A DNA stretch of 64,000 nt. Source: Eledone cirrhosa (Eukaryota). The notes beneath the pieces are model-generated. The model had not been told where the DNA came from. It saw nothing but the letters and a program-made list of their open reading frames with translations, and ran no database searches. A program made the position numbers and the translations under genes. The stretch is taken from positions 306,280,001-306,344,000 of the forward strand of contig OZ024741.1 in assembly GCA_964016885.1 (NCBI GenBank), in the 5' to 3' direction. Shown here piece after piece: positions 1-9,785 of the stretch (positions are counted from its first letter, which is position 1; each line of letters opens with the position of its first letter).

Positions 1-175
1 ATTTCTAACATTGATACAAAGCCAGCAATCTTAAGGGAGGAGAAATCGATTGTATCGATCTCAGTACTTGACTGGTATTTTATTTTATTGATCTCGGAAG
101 GATGAATGGCTAAGTTAACCTCTGTAAAGAATCAGAACAAATGCCGCAAAGCCTTTTGTCAGACGTTCTACAATG
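1..175 (-). mobile_element. Degenerate SINE fragment, same family as the SINE at 10200-10387, minus strand
   Basis: The reverse complement reads ...gaggttaacttagccattcatccttccgagatcaataaaataaaataccagt...attgctggctttgtatcaatgttagaaat. This aligns by eye with 10293-10387 (gaggtcaactttgcctttcatccttacggggtcgataaaataaagtaccagt...attgctggccttgtgccaaaagtagaaac). The B-box region appears deleted. Confidence 0.75.
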
Positions 176-398
176 ACAGCGACCCTTTTTTCCCTTTCTG
201 AGTTTCCTTTATGTTAGTGGTTTAGAAACTTCATTGATAGAATTCCTCCAGGCTGTGTATCTATGTTCTCAAGAAAAACGGAATGCATCTCTAAGAGTCA
301 TCATTATCATTATCATATATATCTTAAAGTTTTGATAAACTAAAAGAATAAAAGAATAAAGAAAAAGTATAGTGAAACAAAAATGTTTACATATATAT

Positions 399-630
399 AT
401 TTTGACTAAAGAAATTAAAGAAATTATTTAGCCTGATAGTGGGGTTAAGAACCCTCGGAGAAATGGTAAAAGATGAGTATATAAAATTTGGTTATGAAAT
501 CAATATTTTAAAATGGAAAAAGATGAGTATTGACGTACATGTACGTCAATTCTCATCTTTTTCAATTTCTCCGAAGGTTCTTAACCCCACTATCAGGCTA
601 AATAATTTCTTTAATTTCGTTAGTCAAAAT
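399..630. repeat. Long imperfect palindrome (fold-back) next to (TA)n
   Basis: Centred on ttgacgtacat|gtacgtcaa (~540). Left arm attttgactaaagaaattaaagaaattatttagcctgatagtggggttaagaacc is mirrored by ggttcttaaccccactatcaggctaaataatttctttaatttcgttagtcaaaat. The left arm has an extra insert or duplication at about 481-513. Confidence 0.9.
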
Positions 631-849
631 ACGGCGATAGCTTACATTTCTAATAATTTCAAACCCACTCGCTGTTTAGAAAATATCCTTACTTGATATA
701 TATATATATATATTAGAAATTGAGGTTTTTTTACAAAATGAAAAATAACCGAGGTGTTCTACACGAGTAAAAGTATAAAGAAAAAAAGATGAAATCGAAA
801 ATGCAACTGGAGTTTTATTTAAAAAAAAATATATATATTTATTTGGTTC

Positions 850-885
850 CTTTACCGGTTTCGCAGTTCTTCTGCTTTTCAAAAG
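850..885 (-). ncRNA. Minimal type I hammerhead ribozyme, U3-A8 core variant (Penelope-like pLTR type)
   Basis: Minus strand reads CUU-UUGAAAA-GCAG aagaa CUGC-GAAA-CCGG-UA-AAG: 3-bp stem I (CUU/AAG), 4-bp stem II, palindromic stem III (ACCGGU) and a GUA cleavage triplet. AATAAA follows at 838-843 (-). The element lies between (TA)n and (CA)n tracts (~711-917). Confidence 0.7.
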
Positions 886-916
886 TAGAGTTGTGATGGA
901 GGGTCTGTGGTTTTTC

Positions 917-955
917 TCACACACACACACACACATTTATATATATATATATATA
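917..955. repeat. (CA)n/(TA)n microsatellite
   Basis: Direct reading. Confidence 0.95.
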
Positions 956-1421
956 GTTAATAAATGAAACAAAACAAAACATAGGAAGCAAAACTACGGT
1001 TATAAGTTCACGCTTGAAGGAAGTGGATATATATAAAATTAGGATAGTTAATAAAGAGAAAAAAAACAATGAAAACAAGGCACAACGAAAAAAAGGAACA
1101 TTTTTTTTTTTAAGGGGAAACCTTAAATTGTATTTATTTATTCTTTTTTTTTTTAAATAAAAAGACAAACGAAAGACAGAGCTCCAAAGTTTCAGCCGTT
1201 GAGATGGACTTTCGCAGATTCGACCCCTACTAATGGTACTGCTGGTCCACCTATGGTTACAGCGTCTGACAAACAAACCAAAGCGCTGTGCCTGGAGTAA
1301 AAGACAAAACAATATCCTATATATATATATGTAGAAGCTATATTTAATTTGTTGGGATACAACAAGCAAATATTTTTATAACTGATATAAAGCACTCAAC
1401 ACATTTTTAGAGTAAAAATAC

Positions 1422-1738
<317 letters not shown>

Positions 1739-2013
1739 TATAAAATAACAGGAGGCAGGACTGGTGTAATTCCTTAAAGGTTTATTATACTATGAACATT
1801 TCAATGACCGAGTTCAGTATGAATCCGGTGATATCATCGTTCGAAATCGCCTTCTTGTCTCTCTGCCTTTTCAGCCCCATGGATTATATTCCTTTGTTAA
1901 ATTTCGAATACCTGATGATATCACCGGATTCATACTGAACCCGGTCATTGAAATGTTCATAGTATAATAAACCTTTAAGGAATTATACCAGTCCAGCCTC
2001 CTGTTATTTTATA
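1739..2013. repeat. Inverted repeat with ~110-bp arms (copy 1; copy 2 at 2250-2524)
   Basis: 1739-1847 pairs with 1901-2013, with about 3 substitutions and a small indel next to the loop. Confidence 0.93.
1908..1965 (+). ncRNA. Type I hammerhead ribozyme, copy 1
   Basis: AUAC-CUGAUGA-u-AUcACCGG...CCGGUcAU-u-GAAA-UG uu CA-UA-GUAU: stem I AUAC/GUAU, canonical core, long stem II with non-canonical U-U at 10.1/11.1, stem III AUG/CAU and an AUA cleavage triplet. AATAAA follows immediately (1966-1971). Confidence 0.65.
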
Positions 2014-2155
2014 ATTAACTCCGTATTAGCACCACCAAATACACAAACGAAGACGGGTGAGTTGCATCACGTCGAGTGCTCTCCTTAATATTACATCGAG
2101 GTTGACCATACGGAATGACCAGTTCTATCCAGTGGTGAACCCACAAACCTAAATG

Positions 2156-2233
<78 letters not shown>

Positions 2234-2418
2234 CGTGTGTGTGTGTGTGTATACAATAACAGGAGGCAGGACTGGTGTAATTCCTTAAAGGTTTATTATA
2301 CTATGAACATTTCAATGACCGAGTTCAGTATGAATCCGGTGATATCATCGTTCGAAATCGCCTTCTTGTCTCTCTGCCTTTTCAGCCCCATGGATTATAT
2401 TCCTTTGTTAAATTTCGA

Positions 2419-2476
2419 ATACCTGATGATATCACCGGATTCATACTGAACCCGGTCATTGAAATGTTCATAGTAT
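2419..2476 (+). ncRNA. Type I hammerhead ribozyme, copy 2
   Basis: Identical to 1908-1965, shifted by 511 bp (CTGATGA at 2423-2429). Confidence 0.65.
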
Positions 2477-2666
2477 AATAAACCTTTAAGGAATTATACC
2501 AGTCCAGCCTCCTGTTATTTTATAATTAACTCCGTATTAGCACCACCAAATACACAAACGAAGACGGGTGAGTTGCATCACGTCGAGTGCTCTCCTTAAT
2601 ATTACATCGAGGTTGACCATACGGAATGACCAGTTCTATCCAGTGGTGAACCCACAAACCTAAATG

Positions 2667-2703
<37 letters not shown>

Positions 2704-2926
2704 TAGAGCGGGTTAAGGGATGGGATATATGGATGATGTCTGCGGTAGAGATTTTGATGGATGTAAAAGCTCTAATATAGACACTTAGTTCATGATTGGC
2801 TTTGTTATTATGAATGTAATTTTTACGAATTTGGAATCCGCCGGTCCTCTAGATGCTTTGTCTATTTTTGGCTGTTTTCCGAGTGCATTGTTTACATATA
2901 GGGCATTCGATGGTTGCTTGCGTTTG

Positions 2927-2965
<39 letters not shown>

Positions 2966-2994
2966 AAAGAATAGAGGTGTAACACACAAGTTAT

Positions 2995-3338
2995 TATATA
3001 TTGGTAAACGGAATAGAAAATGCTGACAATTTGTTCACAGTTGAAAAATGGTTTAATTAGGAATAAAAGAGTATTAGTGATTGTATGGGTTAGTATTCAG
3101 TTGTGGTTTTAAGTTTTTAAGTTTTTACCGGTTGCGCATTTCTAAATGCTTTTCAAAAATAATTTTGAGATAGAAATGCGCAACCGGTAAAAATAATTTA
3201 GAAATGCGCAACCGGTAAAAACTTAAAAACTTAAAACCACAACTGAATACTAACCCATACAATCACTAATACTCTTTTATTCCTAATTAAACCATTTTTC
3301 AACTGTGAACAAATTGTCAGCATTTTCTATTCCGTTTA

Positions 3339-3348
<10 letters not shown>
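2995..3348. repeat. Perfect inverted repeat with ~153-bp arms flanked by (TA)n
   Basis: 2995-3147 is the reverse complement of 3196-3348. The loop carries an extra short copy of tagaaatgcgcaaccggtaaaaa (~3171-3193). Confidence 0.95.
3123..3159 (-). ncRNA. Hammerhead-like motif (U3-A8 variant, GAAA mutated to GCAA), same architecture as 850-885
   Basis: Minus strand reads UUU-UUGAAAA-GCAUUU ag AAAUGC-GCAA-CCGG-UA-AAA. The A13->C change probably inactivates it. Confidence 0.55.

Positions 3349-3418
<70 letters not shown>
3342..3418. repeat. (TA)n microsatellite
   Basis: Direct reading. Confidence 0.97.
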
Positions 3419-3421
<3 letters not shown>

Positions 3422-3818
3422 TATATATATATAGTCTATATATGTAGTGTAAATGTCTGTATATTTAGGGTCGTTATCGAAGGTGAATAGACTGGCTGTA
3501 ACAATAACGGTCTTGTTTACATATATATAACCTAAAATAACTAATTTTTTGCTTCCTGTGTTTTGTTTTGTTTCATTTATATATATATATTTGTCTGTCT
3601 GGCTTTGGATTATACTCCCATAAATAGAGTTTTTCACTTAAATTTAATATTTAATATATATATATATATATATAGGTTTCCTATTACCCACTCTACTACC
3701 CTTAGTATTGAGTACTCTGGTGCGTTATGGTCCATCTGGTTCCTTACCACAATTCCTTCGTATATATATATATATGCGCACACATACATAAAACCATTCT
3801 TTCCTTCATATTGCAGCC

Positions 3819-3873
3819 ATGTTGCAGTACACTTTGTTTCCCTTGATGTTTCAATTTCTATTTAATGTTGAAG
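3819..3873 (+). CDS. First coding exon (signal peptide) of a GH18 chitinase/chitinase-like gene
   Basis: Polypyrimidine tract plus ttgcag acceptor (3811-3816), then ccATG at 3819. Encodes the hydrophobic MLQYTLFPLMFQFLFNVE plus one base, followed by a strong donor AAG|GTAAGT at 3874. Phase 1 joins in frame with the exon at 9297 (G+TG = Val). The acceptor implies an upstream non-coding exon. Confidence 0.75.
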
Positions 3874-4061
3874 GTAAGTATTCACAATGTCTTCTCGTAA
3901 GTATTCACAATGTCTTCTCGTAAGTATTCACAATGTCTTCTCGTAAGTATTCACAATGTCTTCTCGTAAGTATTCACAATGTCTTCTCGTAAGTATTCAC
4001 AATGTCTTCTCGTAAGTATTCACAATGTCTTCTCGTAAGTATTCACAATGGCTTCTCGTAA
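3874..4061 (+). repeat. 23-bp minisatellite (gtaagtattcacaatgtcttctc) x8, starting exactly at the splice donor
   Basis: Units start at 3874, 3897, 3920, 3943, 3966, 3989, 4012 and 4035, with a partial unit at 4058. Confidence 0.97.
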
Positions 4062-4149
4062 AGCTATGCAATATATATATCATGCGTGTACATCTATACA
4101 TATTTACGCATTAGTTATCTAGTTAAGTACATTTATGCACCATATGTGA

Positions 4150-4460
4150 ATAGAACTCCGTCGGTTTCGACGATGAATGTTACAGTTGTATGATCAACAG
4201 AACAACCAGCTCCTCCTGGTGCAAGTGACTGGGCGTTCTACAGACTCGCCTACCGTCAACATATTTCTCAAGGGAATTCAACGTGGCACTATGTGACAAG
4301 ACTGGCTCTTTGAGTTAATGCCACTGACCATCAGATTGACTGCCACATTCCCTACTACTCTGTTTCACTTACAAATATGGATGACACGCAAGACAGAAGA
4401 TGACACACAAAAGGATCGAACCCAAGACTTAATGATTGCAAAGCAAACTTCTTAACGATT
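4150..4460. mobile_element. Probable degenerate interspersed-repeat (SINE-like) fragments
   Basis: GC-richer segment; ggatcgaaccc at ~4413 reads as a B-box-like GGTTCGATCC on the minus strand. Family not established. Confidence 0.35.
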
Positions 4461-4499
4461 TAATAATGCTGCACACATTCATGTTTACAATCTGTATCT

Positions 4500-5045
4500 A
4501 TCATACTTACCTTGCCATATACATCATACTTACCTTGTGATATATATCATACTTACCTTGTGATATACATCATACCTTGACATATACATCATACTTACCT
4601 TGTCATATCCATCATACTTACCTTGTCATATACATCATACTTACCTTGTGATATATATCACACTTACCTTGTCATATACATCATACTTACCTTGTGATAT
4701 ATATCATACATACCTTGTCATATCCATCATACTTACCTTGTGATATATATCATACTTACCTTGTCATATCCATCATACTTACCTTGTCATATCCATCATA
4801 CCTTGTCATATCCATCATACTTACCTTGTCATATCCATCATACTTACCTTGTCATATCCATCATACTTACCTTGTCATATCCATCATACTTACCTTGTCA
4901 TATCCATCATACTTACCTTGTCATATCCATCATACTTACCTTGTCATATCCATCATACTTACCTTGTCATATCCATCATACTTACCTTGTCATATCCATC
5001 ATACCTTGTCATATCCATCATACTTACCTTGTCATATACATCATA
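4500..5045 (+). repeat. 23-bp minisatellite (catcatacttaccttgtcatatc), ~24 units
   Basis: ccttgtc recurs at 4801, 4824 and 4847. About 20 units contain ACTTACCTT; a few lack it through a short deletion. Confidence 0.97.
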
Positions 5046-5189
5046 CACCTCATATTTCTCTTGTCATGCACGTCATTCGTGTCCTATCATACATATCATA
5101 CACATCATGCGTATCTTGTCATACACATCATATTTGTCTTGTCATAAATGTTATAGTTATCTTGTCATATACATCAGTTATGATGCCAT

Positions 5190-6715
5190 ACACATCACAG
5201 TTGTCATGTCATATACATCAGTTATCATATCATATGCATCATAGTTGTCATGTCATACACATCGCTGTTATCATGTCATACACATTACAGTTGTAATGTC
5301 ATACACGTCATAGTTGTATGTCATACACATAATAGTTGTCATGCCATACACATCATAGTTGTCATGTCATACACATCATAGTTGTCATGCCATACACATT
5401 ACAGTTGTCATGTCATACATATCATAGTTGTCATGTCATACACATTACAGTTATCATGTACACATCATAGTTGTCACGTCATACACATCATAGTTGTCAT
5501 GTCATACACATTACAGTTGTCACGTCATACACATCATAGTTGTCATGTCATACACATTACAGTTGTCATGTCATACACATAATAGTTGCCATGTCATACA
5601 CATCATAGTTGTCATGTACACATCATAGTTGTCATGTCATACACATCATAGTTGTCATGTCATACACATTACAGTTGTCATGTCATACACATCATAGTTG
5701 TCATGTCATACACATCATAGTTGTCATGTCATACACATTACAGTTGTAATGTACACATCATAGTTGTCATGTCATACACATTACAGTTGTCATGTACACA
5801 TCATAGTTGTCATGTCATACACATCATAGTTGTCATGTCATACACATTACAGTTGTCATGTCATACACATCATAGTTGCCATGTCATACACATCATAGTT
5901 GTTATGTACACATCATAGTTGTCATGTCATACACATCATAGTTGTCATGTCATACACATCATAGTTGTCATGTCATACACATTACAGTTGTCACGTCATA
6001 CACATCATAGTTGCCATGTCATACACATCATAGTTGTCATGTACACATCATAGTTGCCATGTCATACACATTACAGTTGTCATGTACACATCATAGTTGT
6101 CATGTCATACACATCATAGTTGTCATGTACACATCATAGTTGTCATGTCATACACATCATAGTTGTTATGTACACATCATAGTTGCCATGTCAAACACAT
6201 CATATTTGTCATGTACACATCATAGTTGTCATGCCATACACATCATAGTTGTCATGTCATACACATCATAGTTGTCATGTCATACATATCATAGTTGTCA
6301 TATACACATCATAGTTGTCATGTCATACACATCATAGTTGTCATGTCATACACATCATAGTTGTCATGTCATACACATCATAGTTGTCATGTACACATTA
6401 TAGTTGCCATGTCATACACATCATATTTGTCATGTCATACACATCGTAGTTTTAATGTCATACACATCATAGTTGTCATGTCATACACATTATATTTTTT
6501 ACATACACATAGTTGTCATGTCATACACATCATAGTTGTCATGTCATACACTTGATATTTGTCATATACACATCATAGTTGTCATGTCATACACATCGTA
6601 GTTGTCATATACACATCATAGTTGTCATGTCATACACATCATATTTGTCATATACACATCATAGTTGTCATGTCATACACATCATATTTGTCATATACAC
6701 ATCAAAGTTGTCTTG
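5190..6715 (+). repeat. 23-bp minisatellite (gtcatacacatcatagttgtcat) with 20-21-bp variants
   Basis: acacat recurs at 5641 and 5664. Shares catcata and ttgtcat motifs with the 4500-5045 array, with a degenerate transition between them. Confidence 0.95.
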
Positions 6716-7158
6716 TTGAGGTGAGTGGTTGTCACAACTCCTGTACAGTACTATGAGTCAGTTAAGCCTTTTCGGAGTACGAAATATCAATAGGAATACT
6801 ACCTATATCTTCGGTTATTCTCCGTTGTTGTAAGTAAACCAGAGATAAATCTTACACGGTGATTGGGGTAGGGTAGTGGGTTTATCGCTGGTGACACATC
6901 CTAACGAAAGAATGAATAACGATTTGATGCTGAAAGCTACGTCAATGGAACACTTGTCAACTCCGAACTGCTACCGCTGCTTACAGCGATGCATTTCCTT
7001 GCAGTAGCTATTTGGAACTAGATGGCCCAGCAAGCCACAAACTTCAAGTTTTGATAGCAGAAGGACATCCTGAATAATGTAGTCCGAAATACACGTAGCT
7101 ATACTGATTTTGATCATAAGTCTAATCAACGAGGGATGATCGAGGGTAAAATGCCTTG

Positions 7159-7192
7159 CTGAAGAGATCAGAGTAAGAACGAAACGTTTGTA
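7159..7192 (+). ncRNA. Degenerate hammerhead-like motif
   Basis: CUGAAGA-GAUC agaguaa GAAC-GAAAC guuu GUA. Stem II has one mismatch and no good stem I is visible. Confidence 0.35.
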
Positions 7193-7964
7193 GAGTTTTC
7201 TCCTCTACTTGCTGCAAACATGAAAATATGAAAATGTAATTAATCTATGACTAAAGTCGATTGTGTTTTTCCTCGTCGCATACCCATCTCTAAGTCAGCG
7301 TTTTAAAGCTTCTGACATTGAATATGTTAATGCTAACTAAACTATAGATCTGTTTCGCCACATAATTACTTTTTGTTAGAAATTTAATGCAATTTACATT
7401 AAATATGTTTACACTAACTTATTTTCTGTTAACACTTTCATTTGACAACTGATAAATAGATGCTTTTTTAATTTAGGCAGTGGCTCTATTACGCCTTTTC
7501 TCTCTCAAATTCTCGAATTGATGCTTGTATCTTATGATATCAGCCTGGGCTAAGTGTAACGTTTAAAATAAATATATAATCACATGTTGTCACTATATTT
7601 TTGATTAATTAGCAGTAGCGTTATGATGGCGCAGTTCATAATAGGGCAGTGTATATGAAGGCATATACGATATGTGTATGTACAATAAATATACAAGAGT
7701 CTAGCTATAAATATTTTAAGCTGCAATCATGCGACAGTTATCTCAGTAGCCAGTGAAAATGTTAGATGTTTTGACGTTTCAACGTCATTCATACTGGTCT
7801 TTAGCAGTTCTCTGCAATTTGCCCCATATAAGATGCATTTGCCCCAGCCAGAACCGGCGGCCCAGCATTTAGCACTCTAAGCTGGCTCCACAATAGACGG
7901 ACTCTTCTTCCAGTTATGCGCCCTATTCTTCCAAATAAAATAATTTCAACTTACAGTATGGTAA

Positions 7965-8310
7965 GCGGTATTCGTACCAACCCTTGCCTATGGTCATGAA
8001 TCTTTGGTAATGACCGAAAGAATACGTTCGTGAACACAAGCGGCCGAAATCGGGTTCCTCCGAAGGGTCTTTGGAGGAACGTTACTCGATAGAGTGCGTA
8101 GCTCGGAGATCAGAGAGTAGCTTCAGGTAGGAGACCCAGGGGTTGACCCCGAGCAAGATTTTTGGATAACATCCATGAGCTCGGCTGGTCTCGCATGGGG
8201 ATCCAGCCGGATCAGTTGGAGACGGTTGCTTCCAACAGGATCCGCTGGAAGAAGTGTTTGAGGACTCTTCCCCCAAGGCCCTCTCAGAAATAAGTGGGCG
8301 AAGAAGAAAA
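7965..8310 (+). mobile_element. Decayed 3' fragment of an RTE-clade LINE (Expander/Rex3-like C-terminus)
   Basis: Manual translation gives AVFVPTLAYGHESLVMTERIRS*TQAAEIGFLRRVFGGTLLDRVRSSEIRE*LQV, then a deletion/frameshift, then RPRG*PRARFLDNIHELGWSRMGIQPDQLETVASNRIRW. This matches the RTE post-RT motifs (P.L.YG.E.W, QAAEM.FLRR, R.RGRPR.RW). In-frame stops are present. Confidence 0.85.
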
Positions 8311-8382
8311 CAGAGAAACACTGGAGAACAATACAGTACAACGATGATACATATTAGTTTAACGCTTGATATAGTATTAACC

Positions 8383-8406
8383 TTTTGGACATTAGTCCTT
8401 CATCAG
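8383..8406 (-). ncRNA. Degenerate hammerhead-like motif
   Basis: Minus strand CUGAUGA-a-GGAC uaau GUCC-AAAA (G12 lost); stems I and III not recognisable. Confidence 0.35.
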
Positions 8407-8587
8407 AGGATGGAATGAGAGAGAGAAAAAAAGAAAGAAAGATACACAGGAGTAAGAAAAGAAAGAAAACGGAGGGAGATTTTTTTTCCGGAGGAAAACC
8501 GGTGTGGTTAGTCGGCCATTTTGTAAAAATGCAAGTCAAAAACCTGACTCGTTATATTAATAAGCATCATGAAATTAAAATTTCTGA

Positions 8588-8598
8588 GTGTGTGCGCA

Positions 8599-8660
<62 letters not shown>

Positions 8661-8945
8661 TATGTGTGTGCGTGTATGTATGGGTGTGTATGTATGTGTG
8701 ATTGTTTGTGTGTGGGAATATGCATGTGTGCATGTGTATATGTGTGTACGTGTGTGTGTGTGTGTCCGTGCATGCGCGCGCGCCCGTGTGTAGGTATATG
8801 TGTGATTGTTGGGGGTGGGGTGTCATAGATATGTGTGGGTATATACGCGTGCATGTGTATGTATGTGCATATGTCTGTGCATATGTCTGTGTGTCTGTGT
8901 ATGTGTGTATGTGTGTATGTGTTTTATGTATGTATGTATGTGTAA
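8588..8945. repeat. (TA)n plus degenerate (TG/TA)n low-complexity tract
   Basis: Direct reading. Confidence 0.95.
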
Positions 8946-9296
8946 ATGCCTTTGTCAAGGCATTCTTCTAGGAGAACAATCTCAGGAAACTGGGATAACT
9001 CCGATATAAAACCTGCGGCTCAATAGTTACCGATGACGTTGATCTGTTCTTCTTTTCGGGTTATAGCTACTGTCGCTTAGAGAGTGGGATTGGCTCAATG
9101 CACAGTCTTTCCTCACTTTAAAAAAAATCTTCACGCACAGGCATTGCACGATAGTATTAATTGATAATTATTAATAATGTTATATCATGTAATGGCCATA
9201 CTCGAAAAACAAGGGGGCAGCCATCATGTATGTATGTGTGTTTGTCTGTACAAAGTTAATACTATTTATTCCTATTGTTATTCTATATGTTTCCAG

Positions 9297-9485
9297 TGGC
9301 AGCCAGTGGGAAGAATATTTTTTGCTACTATAGTAGCTCGGCCAATGCCCGACCTGAAGTCGGTAAATTTTGGCCAGAAAACATTGATCCCTTCCTTTGC
9401 TCTCATCTTATATTTGCCTTTGTTGATATCACTAAGGACGGAGAAGACCTGAAACCCAATAACTGGAATGATCTAGGACCTGATG
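9297..9485 (+). CDS. GH18 chitinase/chitinase-like exon (N-terminal part of the catalytic TIM barrel)
   Basis: ttccag acceptor (ag at 9295-9296), G|gtaaga donor at 9486, 189 nt, phase 1-1. Encodes VAASGKNIFCYYSSSANARPEVGKFWPENIDPFLCSHLIFAFVDITKDGEDLKPNNWNDLGPD, matching the GH18 pattern CYY....R...GKF.P..IDP.LC(T/S)H.I(Y/F)AF...WND. Confidence 0.93.
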
Positions 9486-9559
9486 GTAAGAACTAAGTTC
9501 AACATCATTATTATTTTTATTTTTATTATAATGAAGGTAGTATTTTAGCATAACCCCAT

Positions 9560-9785
9560 CCTCACCCCACCTCCACCACTATCACCACTAGCACCACCAC
9601 CAGCACCACCACCGCCATCACCATCACCATCATCACCACCACTGCCATCACTATTGCCACCGCCACCACTGCCTCCACCTTCACTATCACTGCCACCACC
9701 GTCGCCACCACTACAGTCACCTTATCACCGCCACCGCCAGCACTGCCGTCACCAGAGCCACCACCATCATCATCATTATTATTAA
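9560..9785. repeat. Degenerate (CAC/CAT)n triplet low-complexity tract
   Basis: Direct reading. Confidence 0.9.

Larger units (their letters stand above)
1739..2700 (+). repeat. Tandem duplication, period 511 bp, of a palindromic element plus tail plus (TG)n
   Basis: 1741 taaaataacaggaggcagg recurs at 2252 (tacaataacaggaggcagg). Both copies end ...cccacaaacctaaatgtatatat(gt)n, and the TG tracts preceding each copy share the same gcgtgc interruption. Confidence 0.95.

Noticed and set aside
425-465. CTGATAG-hairpin-GAGAAA as a hammerhead
   Set aside because: It does not fit the CUGANGA/GAAA spacing, and there is no stem III or cleavage triplet.
1185-1222. Hammerhead-like motif on the minus strand (CUGCGAA-AGUC...GGCU-GAAA)
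   Set aside because: The core deviates at conserved positions (A6, G8) and no stem I/III is evident, so it is too degenerate to call.
4694-6555. Overlapping repetitive ORFs (SYPSYLPCHIHH..., SCHTHHS...)
   Set aside because: They are translations of 23-bp minisatellites in several frames.
9177-9496. ORFs 9177-9452 and 9275-9496 as stand-alone genes
   Set aside because: 9177-9452 is an off-frame overlap. 9275-9496 is the chitinase exon plus intronic flanks; the true boundaries are the AG/GT sites at 9296/9486.
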